Origin: a virus
Taxonomy: Duplodnaviria > Heunggongvirae > Uroviricota > Caudoviricetes
Direction: 5' to 3' (one strand)
Length of the DNA: 64,000 bases
IMG/VR virus record: IMGVR_UViG_3300032312_001770
Coordinates: 64,001 to 128,000 of that record
The position numbers and the translations under genes were made by a program. Below are positions 38,508 to 48,493 of the stretch, piece after piece. The notes below the pieces were generated by a model. That model did not search any database, was not told the DNA's origin, and saw only the letters and a program-made list of their open reading frames with translations. Position 1 is the first letter of the stretch, and every line of letters begins with the position of its first letter.

Positions 38508-38993
38508 ATGAAAATAAAACCAATTAGAAATATTTACGATTACAATGAAGCTCAAAAGTATTTGGAATCAATCTTTCACAGTGAACTAACTGAAGAAGAA
38601 TCAAATGATGTCGCCATTTTAGAAATTCTTATAGAAGAATTTGAAAGAAAAGGAAAAGTATTAAAAGAAGATTTAGTAGTAGAACCTTTGATAGATTATG
38701 TCTATGACTTAGTATCAAATGCTTCTCAATATGAATCTCCAGGTCTTTTAGAAAGAGGTCTAAAATTAGGAGAAGAATATGGCGAATTATCAGCTGAGAT
38801 TCTTAAACTAAAAGGATATAAAAGAACAACAGAAGATGAAGGTAGAATTCATTATAATATCTTATTGGAATCAACTGATTGTTTAATAATGATATTTGAT
38901 ATAATGACACAGATGGGTTTTACAAAAGAACAAATCTGTAATATGTCTGAGAAACAAGTAAATAAATGGTTAAAAAATATAGAAATTAAGTAA
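38508..38993 (+). CDS. HigA-like N-terminal domain fused to a MazG-like nucleotide pyrophosphohydrolase
   Basis: MKIKPIRNxxDYxxA...LEILIEEFE (HigA-N pattern) followed by KLGEEYGELSAEI...LESTD (MazG-like). Confidence 0.65.
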   Translation: MKIKPIRNIYDYNEAQKYLESIFHSELTEEESNDVAILEILIEEFERKGKVLKEDLVVEPLIDYVYDLVSNASQYESPGLLERGLKLGEEYGELSAEILKLKGYKRTTEDEGRIHYNILLESTDCLIMIFDIMTQMGFTKEQICNMSEKQVNKWLKNIEIK

Positions 38994-38995
38994 TT

Positions 38996-39424
38996 ATGGA
39001 AAAAGCGTATGTAATTTTAAGAAAAGGATTCGAATATGATGATAGTATCTACAGTGAGTCCGAAGGTGGTAGTCCAAGTCTAATTGTATTTTCTAAAAAA
39101 GATGCTAATAGAAAGGTAGATGAATTAAATGCTAAAGAGTTTAAGCAGTGCTCAATATCAGAATACTCATATGATATGGAGGATATTCTAACAGTAGAAA
39201 TTGATGAATATTACAAATTCAATGAATCTCTTAATCAAAAGTATGGTAAACCAGAACTAAAAAATAAATGGGAGTCTAGTGAGAATAGATTACATCCTAT
39301 GGCTAATGAAGAAGAAACTGAGAAATATATGAAGATGGTCAGTATGAGTTTTTTCGAGGCAGTTGAAACAGATATCGATGTTCAGTCGTATAGAGAAAAA
39401 AAGATAACTGAAATCTTGAACTAA
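38996..39424 (+). CDS. Hypothetical protein
   Basis: 142 aa with C-terminal YREKKITEILN. Confidence 0.55.
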   Translation: MEKAYVILRKGFEYDDSIYSESEGGSPSLIVFSKKDANRKVDELNAKEFKQCSISEYSYDMEDILTVEIDEYYKFNESLNQKYGKPELKNKWESSENRLHPMANEEETEKYMKMVSMSFFEAVETDIDVQSYREKKITEILN

Positions 39425-39471
39425 TATAAATAAATTCAATAAATCCCCATAGGTTTTTAATATATAGACTT

Positions 39472-40581
39472 ATGGGAATTTTTAATTTTAAACAATTCGT
39501 AATAAACGAAGCACACGGTTTGTCTAAGTCAAGTGTTATGTTTGTTGATGTCTTACAAAAAAAGACATATTATAAATTCTTAGATTTTTTAGAATCTACT
39601 GAAAATATATTAGATGAGAAAGTAGAAATTAAATACAGAAAATTAGTACCATTTCTAAATGATACTAAACTTTATGCTGATTTTCCAGTTGTGGGTTTTG
39701 AATTAATACTGGAGTTTAAAAAAATGACACCGGCTAGATTCAAAGGTATGTATGATTATCCTAATCATGTTGCTATTGGTGGTTATGCCTCTGGTTTTGG
39801 AAATAAAAACTGGAAAAACTATTCTAAAATAGTTAAGCCCGCTAGAAAAATTGCTGATGTAGGTTTAATAATTCAATTAAGTGTTGGTGTTGATGTAGAT
39901 AAAAGAAACTTTGACATTAATAATACAGAAAACAAACAAGAATTAATAGATGGAATAAACTCAACTTTATATCATGAATTAAATCACTGTTATGAACATT
40001 ATAAAAGAACTATTAAAGGTGCTAAAAGAGGTGAATATAGAAAACCTATCTATGATAGATCTTTTAATACAGCCTTAACTTATGCTGAGAAAAACAAATG
40101 GAAGTTTCCTAAAGAAATTTGGTATAAATGGACTTCTGAATTTTTAACATATATATACTTCAGTGAAAGACAAGAGATGAATGCTAATATTCAAGAAATT
40201 AATTACTTCATAGATAAATATCCAAATAAAGATTTAAAAGAGTTTAAGATATACAGAACAGCGAGCGAAATGAAGTATTTTAATGCTAATGAATTTTATA
40301 ACTCATTAATTAACACTATATCATCTCATTATAATTTGAGAGATACGGACAATATTTTATTGGCTGGATCGAAAGATGAACATGAAATTGCTAATAAATT
40401 GAAAGATATGTGGGTATCAGTATATGAGAATGAGTTAAAAAATCAAAAAGGTAAATCTATTATACCAATAAACACTTTTAAGAAAATGAATTGTAAACAA
40501 TTTGTTGAGTATTGGACTAAAGAATTTAATGAAAACGGAAAATATCTTATGAATAAAATTGGGAAAATAACAACTAAATAA
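39472..40581 (+). CDS. Zincin-like metallopeptidase with a capsid-targeting-like N-terminus
   Basis: YHELNH (HExxH) with downstream EMNA; start MGIFNFKQFVINEA. Confidence 0.6.
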   Translation: MGIFNFKQFVINEAHGLSKSSVMFVDVLQKKTYYKFLDFLESTENILDEKVEIKYRKLVPFLNDTKLYADFPVVGFELILEFKKMTPARFKGMYDYPNHVAIGGYASGFGNKNWKNYSKIVKPARKIADVGLIIQLSVGVDVDKRNFDINNTENKQELIDGINSTLYHELNHCYEHYKRTIKGAKRGEYRKPIYDRSFNTALTYAEKNKWKFPKEIWYKWTSEFLTYIYFSERQEMNANIQEINYFIDKYPNKDLKEFKIYRTASEMKYFNANEFYNSLINTISSHYNLRDTDNILLAGSKDEHEIANKLKDMWVSVYENELKNQKGKSIIPINTFKKMNCKQFVEYWTKEFNENGKYLMNKIGKITTK

Positions 40582-40980
40582 ATGAAAAAATTTACTAAAA
40601 TACTAGAAGAAGTAGAAAACGAAAGATTCTACAAAATAACCGCTCAAGTTGAACTGGTAATACCTTCAGAAAATGAAGGAGAGGCTGGCTATTTAGCAGA
40701 TTCTATTTTAGCATCTATAGAATATGGGTCAGAATACGTTATTGATAATATTGAACAAACTGAAAAGTTAGAAGAGTCTATAATATTTGAATCAAAGTCA
40801 AAAATAAAAACTGAATTAAAAGATAATAATGATTATCAAATGATTTCAGGTATTATTGATATTCTAAAAAAAGTTAAAGATAAAGAAAATAGAATGGAGA
40901 TTGCTAATGATATGGTTTCTCAATTCAAAAAAGAAAAAATCAAATTTGATTATGATAATTTCTTAGATACATTAAAGTAA
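40582..40980 (+). CDS. Putative internal head protein
   Basis: MKKFTKILEE start. Confidence 0.5.
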   Translation: MKKFTKILEEVENERFYKITAQVELVIPSENEGEAGYLADSILASIEYGSEYVIDNIEQTEKLEESIIFESKSKIKTELKDNNDYQMISGIIDILKKVKDKENRMEIANDMVSQFKKEKIKFDYDNFLDTLK

Positions 40981-41022
40981 TCTTAGAAATTAATATATAA
41001 ACTATAAAATTAAACAAATAAT

Positions 41023-41592
41023 ATGAAAAAGTTTTCAGATTTCAAACCAGTTAAAAAGAAGATATTCGAAGCAGAATCAAATCTTCCTTCAAACTATGAA
41101 GATATATCAAAAGAAGAATTACTTAAATTGATGTCAGGTCAAACTAAAAGTGAAGAAAATACAGAAGATCGTGAAGAAGAGAAATCAGAAGAAAATTCTG
41201 AAGCATCTGGTTCTAATGATGTATCAACATTCATTTCTAAGTTATTAGAAAGTAGAGAGATGGCTCAAGTTTATCACTGGACTGTTAAAGGTGATATGGG
41301 TTCTCATGCTGCTCACTTAGCCTTACAAACATATTATGAAGAAGTTATTGAATTTATTGATGACATCGTTGAGATTTATCAAGGTCAATATGGTCTTATC
41401 GAAGGATATGATGTAATTGATACAACAGACTCTAAATCAAAAGATAGATTAGATTATTTTAAAGAAACTGTAGAGTATGTTAAATCAGCTAGAAAATGTA
41501 TTAAAGCTGAAGATACACACATTCACAATATAGTAGATGAGTTAATAGCTTTACAATATAAAACAATTTACAAGTTAACTTACAATAAATAA
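41023..41592 (+). CDS. Ferritin/Dps-like four-helix protein (DUF5856-like)
   Basis: YHW...HxAHLALxxYYE...DDIVExxQG...DE; start MKKFSDF. Confidence 0.7.
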   Translation: MKKFSDFKPVKKKIFEAESNLPSNYEDISKEELLKLMSGQTKSEENTEDREEEKSEENSEASGSNDVSTFISKLLESREMAQVYHWTVKGDMGSHAAHLALQTYYEEVIEFIDDIVEIYQGQYGLIEGYDVIDTTDSKSKDRLDYFKETVEYVKSARKCIKAEDTHIHNIVDELIALQYKTIYKLTYNK

Positions 41593-41593
41593 T

Positions 41594-42142
41594 ATGAAAC
41601 ACATTAAGAAACATCCAATTAATGATAAGTTATCAAATTTATCAAAAGATATAAAGAAACAGGATCATAGTAAACCAGCATCAAAAAATAAATTAGATGC
41701 TGATAAATCTTTAAGTGATGCTGATGTTTCTATGAAAGTAACTAAACCTTCTAATAAGAAATTAGATGGTGAAAAATTCTTAGCAGATCCTACAGTAAAT
41801 ACTAAGAAACCTAACAAGCCTTCTAATAAGAATTTAGATGGTGAAAAGTTTCTATCAGAAGGACTTAATCACTTAAAAAGATTTAATGAAGAATTTGATA
41901 GAGATGGATATGATTCACATTGGAACAAATTTGAACAATGGTTATCTGAAAAAGATTTTGAACTATATGATGGTAGAGAAGATCTTCACAATAAATTTAT
42001 GGAAGTTGCCAATAATGATAATTTAGATGCTGAGGGAAAATCAACAGAAATTGCTGGTTACTTAGAAGACAATTGGGGATTACATGGTGGTTATAAACAA
42101 ACAATTGACTACTTAGATTCCCTATTCATGGATGAAATTTAA
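41594..42142 (+). CDS. Repeat-containing putative head protein
   Basis: Three KP(A/S)xKxKLDx(D/E)KxL units; internal EGLNHLKRFNEE. Confidence 0.55.
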   Translation: MKHIKKHPINDKLSNLSKDIKKQDHSKPASKNKLDADKSLSDADVSMKVTKPSNKKLDGEKFLADPTVNTKKPNKPSNKNLDGEKFLSEGLNHLKRFNEEFDRDGYDSHWNKFEQWLSEKDFELYDGREDLHNKFMEVANNDNLDAEGKSTEIAGYLEDNWGLHGGYKQTIDYLDSLFMDEI

Positions 42143-42144
42143 CT

Positions 42145-42172
42145 AAAATCCCACTTAATAAGTGGGATTTTT
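42145..42172. terminator. Bidirectional terminator (CCCAC family)
   Basis: aaaatcccactt-aat-aagtgggatttt at a convergent junction. Confidence 0.85.
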
Positions 42173-42418
42173 TATTTCTATAGTTCCGTAATATTTACTA
42201 TTTACCATCTTTTTAGAATACCTACTTGTAATTGATTTACTTGGTGAGAATTCATCTTTAAAATCTAAACCTAAATCAAATATCTTATTAATCTTTCTTT
42301 TTCTACTTACATTTTTAGAACCATATCCAACTATAGTCTGAGCCGTAGTCATAGGTATATAAGGAGCATAAATATAACCTGGTTCTATTAAATTATCAGA
42401 CTTTTTACCTATTAACAT
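42155..42418 (-). CDS. Mini-protein resembling the C-terminus of a T4 gp23-type major capsid protein
   Basis: GYIYAPYIP...FSPSKSITSRYSKKMV..KYYG. Confidence 0.6.
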   Translation of the reverse strand: MLIGKKSDNLIEPGYIYAPYIPMTTAQTIVGYGSKNVSRKRKINKIFDLGLDFKDEFSPSKSITSRYSKKMVNSKYYGTIEIKNPTY

Positions 42419-42545
42419 TAAATAATCTTTTGATTTTATCTTTTCTTATTTTACTTCTAAGAAAATAATTTAAAAAATTAGTTCTTACATAGTCTTCTCG
42501 TCGGTGTTTCCAACCATCTTTACCCCAACCTCTTGCAAAAGACAT
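42405..42545 (-). CDS. 46-aa basic peptide (not in ORF track)
   Basis: MSFARGWGKDGWKHRREDYVRTNFLNYFLRSKIRKDKIKRLFNVNR*. Confidence 0.5.
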   Translation of the reverse strand: MSFARGWGKDGWKHRREDYVRTNFLNYFLRSKIRKDKIKRLFNVNR

Positions 42546-42649
42546 AAATTTTTAATTTTTGTTTTTCTTTTTTGAATCCTATCAAATCTATACAAAGCAT
42601 TTTTGATAGATTCTCTTTTACAATCAGGTATATTTTCCCAAACTGCCAT
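42485..42649 (-). CDS. 54-aa peptide (not in ORF track)
   Basis: MAVWENIPDCKRESIKNALYRFDRIQKRKTKIKNL...*; overlaps the next peptide gene. Confidence 0.4.
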   Translation of the reverse strand: MAVWENIPDCKRESIKNALYRFDRIQKRKTKIKNLCLLQEVGVKMVGNTDEKTM

Positions 42650-42670
42650 AATATTATACAGTAAATTTAA

Positions 42671-42988
42671 TTACTTGTTTTCAGTGTACATATATTTTCT
42701 ACCACCATCATTGTAATCCATTAGATTATTGATTACAGTATCAATCTTATCATTACAATCATCAACATCTTTCTTAATTACTTGAAGAGCAGCAATAGAA
42801 TCATCTATTTGGTCATTACCTTTTTTAGAATCACTCTTATAGTTATTAAGTTCATTTAGAAGAGATTCAATATATCTAGACTTGTCTAACATAGTAGCAG
42901 CAAAGTCTTTTAATTGCTCATTGATTTCACTAACTCTCTCCGATGAGATATCTACTTGTTCATCTTCATTGAATCTTTTAATTTTCAT
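42671..42988 (-). CDS. Coiled-coil protein with a capsid-targeting-like N-terminus
   Basis: MKIKRFNEDE start. Confidence 0.55.
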   Translation of the reverse strand: MKIKRFNEDEQVDISSERVSEINEQLKDFAATMLDKSRYIESLLNELNNYKSDSKKGNDQIDDSIAALQVIKKDVDDCNDKIDTVINNLMDYNDGGRKYMYTENK

Positions 42989-43026
42989 AATAATGGTTTG
43001 ATAATTTTAATATATATATTAATATT

Positions 43027-43713
43027 ATGAAACGTAAGAATAAACTTATTTTAGAATTTACCGAATTCAATATGCAAAGAATGAATCCAGACTCTGCTGC
43101 TGGAGCAATTGGTGGTCAAGTTAATGACCCATCATTGTCAACAAATGCGTTTGATAGATATGCAGATGGTATTAGACAAGCTATGTCAAGAGTTAATGAC
43201 ATTCTTTATAATTTAGCTGGTACAAATGCCTATAGAAATTTAAGAAGTAAACTAGGTTTAGAACACCAAAATATTCAAAAGATGAAAATTCTTAGAATTT
43301 TAAAATCAAATAGTATTTTCTATGATGTTTATATAACTTTTGTAATTGACGATGAAGAGTACTGGGGTGTAATTGAAAATATTATGGGTAATCCAGAATT
43401 AACATCTGAAGTTTTTAAAGATTATGATCTTTATCAAAGTAAAGAATGGATTATTAAAATAAAAGGTCTTATCATTAAGACCGTTAAAACTTGGCTAAAA
43501 CCTGAACCAGGTATGTATAAGTTATTAAATGATGAATTATATTGTTATTCAACAGAAACTGGCAAACAGTTAAAAATGGAAAAAGGCATTGAAGTTGAAT
43601 TAATTAGAGCACATGATAATAAAATGATTGTTAAACACGAAACAGATTACTATAATCTAGTTGGTGACAATTATATCTACTTTAATTGGTGGTTCGAGAA
43701 AATTGAAGATTAA
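43027..43713 (+). CDS. Hypothetical protein
   Basis: 228 aa, with AATATATA immediately upstream. Confidence 0.55.
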   Translation: MKRKNKLILEFTEFNMQRMNPDSAAGAIGGQVNDPSLSTNAFDRYADGIRQAMSRVNDILYNLAGTNAYRNLRSKLGLEHQNIQKMKILRILKSNSIFYDVYITFVIDDEEYWGVIENIMGNPELTSEVFKDYDLYQSKEWIIKIKGLIIKTVKTWLKPEPGMYKLLNDELYCYSTETGKQLKMEKGIEVELIRAHDNKMIVKHETDYYNLVGDNYIYFNWWFEKIED

Positions 43714-44918
43714 TTTGTATTATGTATTGTTATATTAAATGATATAACATCAGATAAACAACCACCAAGTGGATTATCACCATTGTGAGTAAAATACATC
43801 CTAGAATTACCAGTAACTTGATTACTAATAATAACAGATCCGCTATAAACATTGCCACTAAAAAGTCTGTTGTTAAAAGTACTAGTAGATGGATTTGAAG
43901 ACCATACACCTACGGCCGCTGAATTAGTAGGAATAGAACTTTCAAATAAAGAAACCGCTGATAGATTTATATAGTTATCCAGTGGAGTTCCCGAACAAGA
44001 AGAGACACTAGTAAACTTAATAACACCAGAAAGATGAAGAAGTCTACCAATTTTTGTGTACTGACCATTGGATTGAATCGTGAATTGACCAGTAGTTCCT
44101 GTTATAATTGGTGACCAAGTTCCTTCCTCATAATCATCTAAAGTGTTTAAGTCTGAAGACTTTTGTTGCACACTTGAAAATTTAACTCCAGTACCAATAG
44201 AAACAGTACCAACAGATAAGGTTCTAGTTCCTGGAACATAAGTAAGATCGATATGGTTTGACCTAATACCTTCATTGCCTGAACCTACTCCTGCCCAAGC
44301 ACCACTAGAAATAAAAGTTAAATATTGAGTAACATTATTAGTAGAATCACGAGTAATTCTAGAATTTGTAGAACTTGAAGCCGTACCAACAGATAATAAA
44401 CTTTGATTTGTCCAAGATGTAAATGAATTACCGGATAATAAGACTTGACCAGTTGAGCCATTTGTTAATTTACTAGTTGCTCCACTAACTGGTATCGATC
44501 CGTCATTTATATTAAAACCATTTATTTGAGTAATAAAAGTACCAGGTCCAAAAAAACCACCCTGAACAGTAACTTTTCCATCTTCTGGATTAATCTGAAC
44601 TAACGCGTCTCCGTTACCATTATCAGCGGTTTTAATAATTCCATTATATTCGTATAAAAGACTATTTGTAATTACATTACTTGAACTAAATATAGGAAAA
44701 TAATATAATGTTCCAGAACCAACGATACCTGAAGAATTTTCAGAAACCCAAGAGGAGCCATTCCAGACGTAAGGTACACTATCTGATATATCAAAAACTC
44801 TTAAACCATGATATTTATAAGGTATATCATTTCTTGCTGCTGAACCAGAGGCAACTATTCTATTATCTATTGGTAGTGCGGTATTTACTTGAAAACCATC
44901 TATAATTTGTATTGACAT
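43710..44918 (-). CDS. Tail fibre or adhesin-like structural protein
   Basis: S/T/G-rich; LDDYEEGTWSP motif typical of fibre proteins. Confidence 0.6.
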   Translation of the reverse strand: MSIQIIDGFQVNTALPIDNRIVASGSAARNDIPYKYHGLRVFDISDSVPYVWNGSSWVSENSSGIVGSGTLYYFPIFSSSNVITNSLLYEYNGIIKTADNGNGDALVQINPEDGKVTVQGGFFGPGTFITQINGFNINDGSIPVSGATSKLTNGSTGQVLLSGNSFTSWTNQSLLSVGTASSSTNSRITRDSTNNVTQYLTFISSGAWAGVGSGNEGIRSNHIDLTYVPGTRTLSVGTVSIGTGVKFSSVQQKSSDLNTLDDYEEGTWSPIITGTTGQFTIQSNGQYTKIGRLLHLSGVIKFTSVSSCSGTPLDNYINLSAVSLFESSIPTNSAAVGVWSSNPSTSTFNNRLFSGNVYSGSVIISNQVTGNSRMYFTHNGDNPLGGCLSDVISFNITIHNTN

Positions 44919-44936
44919 ATTGTATATATAATTTTT

Positions 44937-46469
44937 TTAATATTTGAATTGGTAAATTACGGATGGTGGACCAATTAAAGGAACACTATTCCATTGATAA
45001 ACTCTAAATTGTTTTGAAGCCCAAAGACCTGTTGGTGATGATAAAGTCAATAGACTTGATGAAAAAGAACTTGATATTATATTATTACCTTGATTGTCAT
45101 AAATGCCACTTAAAACTGGATAATTACTATCATAAATAAAATATAAATTTCCACTACCAAAAATATCAATATTTTTATCACCTTTTGGTTCAATTGTCTT
45201 TGTTAAAGAAGCTAAACCAGCTGTTGTTATTATAGACAATGAACTAAATCCATAAAAATAAGGATAAACTCCATTTAGAGTAGCAGTTGATGAGTTTGAT
45301 TGTGTACCATCATTAACTGTTATAGTAAAAGATGATGTCGCTGAAGTAACCGGAGTTATAACCACACCACTAACCGTACCAGAAACAGTTGATTGACCAG
45401 TAGATGTTATAGCAGGGTAATTACCTGGTATCATATAAGATAAAATAGTAGTCTGTGTAGGCAAACTTCTTTTATTTATAGTGTATGATAATTTAACTAA
45501 AGGTGATGTACCAATCTCAACATAGCCAGATGAATAAGGAGGCAATATTGATAAGCTACACAAAGGTGGTAAATAAGGATAAGCAATTCTTCTTAACATT
45601 TCAACAATTGAAACAGAATTGAATGTCTCACCAAATTTAATATCTCCAATTTCTATAGGACAAGGTAAAGACTCGGTAAATTCAAATGGATGACCATTCA
45701 CATTAACAGGAGTACCATAAATATTTGTAACACTACCAGTAGTACCAATAAAACTACTAGCCGAAAAAGTAATGTCACTCCAAATCATTTTACCATTATT
45801 CCAAGATAAAACTCTACCATCACCAGCCGCAGTTAAACCAACGTCTAAACCTTGAGATTGTTGAGGTCTTGGAAAAACTATATTATTAATAGAAACTGTG
45901 CCGAAATCACTATTTAAATTAATAGTAGTAGCAGTTCCACCAACTAAAGTAGGGTTTGTAATATCTAAAGATAAAGATGAATAAGTACCAAAAGTAACTA
46001 TCTGAGATTGTATATAGGGCGAGTTAGTATATAAAGAAGGATTAGTACCAGATAAAATAGAAATTCTTGTTCTATTATTAGAAACTGTATCTCTTTTTGT
46101 ATTATATAAAAAAATATCAGCATCCGAATTTAGCAAAGATGATGTCATTACATCAATATTTGAATTAGTACCTGAGTAATGTCTTTTACCAAAATAAATT
46201 TTACTTTTAACATCTTGATTCAAGTAATCAGCGTTAGCATTATCAATACCAATATAACTTATTGTAGATTGAGAAGCTGTTGTTTGTTTAAATGCCGAGC
46301 TTGACCAAGATGTTAAAACAACATCTCTTATATCTTTTGGATTTATTTCCTTATTTACATTGTCATATAAAACATCCAAAACCGATGTGAAGTCAACGGC
46401 TGTAGCGCCTATTATATTATAATTGAATGCTTCTGTAGATGTTCCTATATTAATACTAAATGTCATCAT
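44937..46469 (-). CDS. Structural protein (paralog of 46473..48038)
   Basis: SINIGT.TEA, KDIRD..L..W..SAFKQT and YPY.PP are shared with the neighbour. Confidence 0.6.
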   Translation of the reverse strand: MMTFSINIGTSTEAFNYNIIGATAVDFTSVLDVLYDNVNKEINPKDIRDVVLTSWSSSAFKQTTASQSTISYIGIDNANADYLNQDVKSKIYFGKRHYSGTNSNIDVMTSSLLNSDADIFLYNTKRDTVSNNRTRISILSGTNPSLYTNSPYIQSQIVTFGTYSSLSLDITNPTLVGGTATTINLNSDFGTVSINNIVFPRPQQSQGLDVGLTAAGDGRVLSWNNGKMIWSDITFSASSFIGTTGSVTNIYGTPVNVNGHPFEFTESLPCPIEIGDIKFGETFNSVSIVEMLRRIAYPYLPPLCSLSILPPYSSGYVEIGTSPLVKLSYTINKRSLPTQTTILSYMIPGNYPAITSTGQSTVSGTVSGVVITPVTSATSSFTITVNDGTQSNSSTATLNGVYPYFYGFSSLSIITTAGLASLTKTIEPKGDKNIDIFGSGNLYFIYDSNYPVLSGIYDNQGNNIISSSFSSSLLTLSSPTGLWASKQFRVYQWNSVPLIGPPSVIYQFKY

Positions 46470-46472
46470 ATC

Positions 46473-48038
46473 TTAAAATATAAATTCAAAATTACCACTA
46501 CCTGTATAACTACAAGTTCCTATTGTTTTGTAAATTTTCCATTGTGGTATAGGAATAGCCAAATTATTACCTCCAGTTGGTGTAACTGATACAGAATATG
46601 TAAATGCTGAGTATGTAAGATTACTTGAATCATGTATAATAAATCCATTAGGATCTTTAATTTTTGATAATAAAGAATAAGAGTGAGGATAAACAAAGTA
46701 AACATAACCACCACCAATATAAGGAATTGATACTGATTGAGAAGGTCCTAAATAAGGAACAACTAATCTATTTGCTGAATTTATATAATTTCCTAACTGA
46801 GTTGCTCTTAAAACACCAGCACTTGGAGTAAAATCAATATTAGTAAGACTAAATCCATAAAAAGATGGATGTACAAATCTAACAGATGCCGTAGCACTAT
46901 GTGAGAATGTTAAAAGGAAAGGATTATCTCTTGCACTTAAAACAAAACTTTGAGTGCCCGACGTGTTACTATAAATATTTGAACTAAAAGTAGCATTTAA
47001 TTGACTACCAACAGAACCACTAAAAGATAAACCTGAATAAGTAGCACCACTTATATCATAACTACTAATTATATTAGAATATCTTGTTATTGAATAACTA
47101 AATAAAGCTGAAGAGGTAATACCTGTTGAAAAATAATCAACACCACCAGTTGTAACACTCAATGATAAAGTAGGAGGCACATAAGGATACAATATCTTTC
47201 TTATAACTTCCGATAAGGGCCAATTTTGACCATTATAAGAACCAGCTGAGAAAGAACTACCTTGAAAAACACCACCAATTGTTTGAGGAACAATTGAATT
47301 ATCAACAAACTCTAATGAATAGCCATTAACATTACTTGGGCTACCATAAATATTTGTAGGTAAACCAATTGTACCAATATTAGCAATACTAACTGTTGGT
47401 TCAGCCCATCTAAGAACACCATTTGGATATGAACCAGAATATTTTAATATTCTACCATTTGAGGCAGATGCTGATGTTTCAGCAACTGTTGGAAATGTAA
47501 TACCATTAATAGCAACTCTACCTGTATTACTGAAAACATTAATTGGACCTGAGAATAAAGATGGGTTAACTAAATTTAAATCAAGCGCAGTATTTGAGTT
47601 AATAGAATTTGATTGTATATAAGGAGCATTTGTATGTAAAATAGAATTTGTGCCTGCTAATATAACAACCTTTGTACTTTGTGTAGCCGAAGAATCAGGC
47701 TTGGTATTATAAATATAAATATCATTATTAGTATTAGTTAGTAATGAATTATTCATTACATCCAATCCACCATGATTTCTTTTACCAATTAAAATCTTTT
47801 CTTTAATATCTCTATTGGAAGGATTACCAGAATCTATACCAAGATATTCTATACTTGCCTGACCAATTGTTTGCTTAAAAGCTGATGTAGCCCAAGCTGA
47901 TAGAAAAGCATCTCTGACATCTTTAGGTGATATTAGTTTTTGAGTATTATCGGGTAAATCTAATAGAACACTATTAATATCTTGCTTTCTTAGAGCCTCT
48001 GTTGGTGTTCCAACATTTATACTGTAGGTAGCTGGCAT
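46473..48038 (-). CDS. Structural protein (paralog of 44937..46469)
   Basis: SINVGT.TEA, KDVRD..L..W..SAFKQT, YPYVPP. Confidence 0.6.
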   Translation of the reverse strand: MPATYSINVGTPTEALRKQDINSVLLDLPDNTQKLISPKDVRDAFLSAWATSAFKQTIGQASIEYLGIDSGNPSNRDIKEKILIGKRNHGGLDVMNNSLLTNTNNDIYIYNTKPDSSATQSTKVVILAGTNSILHTNAPYIQSNSINSNTALDLNLVNPSLFSGPINVFSNTGRVAINGITFPTVAETSASASNGRILKYSGSYPNGVLRWAEPTVSIANIGTIGLPTNIYGSPSNVNGYSLEFVDNSIVPQTIGGVFQGSSFSAGSYNGQNWPLSEVIRKILYPYVPPTLSLSVTTGGVDYFSTGITSSALFSYSITRYSNIISSYDISGATYSGLSFSGSVGSQLNATFSSNIYSNTSGTQSFVLSARDNPFLLTFSHSATASVRFVHPSFYGFSLTNIDFTPSAGVLRATQLGNYINSANRLVVPYLGPSQSVSIPYIGGGYVYFVYPHSYSLLSKIKDPNGFIIHDSSNLTYSAFTYSVSVTPTGGNNLAIPIPQWKIYKTIGTCSYTGSGNFEFIF

Positions 48039-48085
48039 TTAGTCTTATTCTTTTTTTGTATATATTAAAAAAACAAGACCAACTA

Positions 48086-48481
48086 TTAACTAAATAAAAA
48101 TTCTAATCTTATTAAATCTTTTACTCTAGCCGTTTGTAAATTTAAATCTTCAAAGTTAATTTTTTCATAACCAATTTCATTTTCAATTCCCATTAGGTTT
48201 GCCATATCAGCTGAAAAAGCATCCATATCTTTTATATTAACACCACCAGCATTACCACTATCATCTTTAACAATAATAACATTACCTTCTTCGTCTTTTT
48301 CAGCATGTTTATTTATAACTCGTTGTTCCATTTTATTTCTATCATAAACGATAGATGTAATTTCTTTGATAATTCTCATTAACTTAAAAGCAACAGAAGC
48401 ATTAATATCAACATCTACTAATTTATTTAAAGCGATTAATGTTTCTTCATTTAGATCTGAGTTTCTTACTACAATAGGCAT
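48086..48481 (-). CDS. Hypothetical protein
   Basis: 131-aa ORF. Confidence 0.55.
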   Translation of the reverse strand: MPIVVRNSDLNEETLIALNKLVDVDINASVAFKLMRIIKEITSIVYDRNKMEQRVINKHAEKDEEGNVIIVKDDSGNAGGVNIKDMDAFSADMANLMGIENEIGYEKINFEDLNLQTARVKDLIRLEFLFS

Positions 48482-48493
48482 AATTTTTATATT

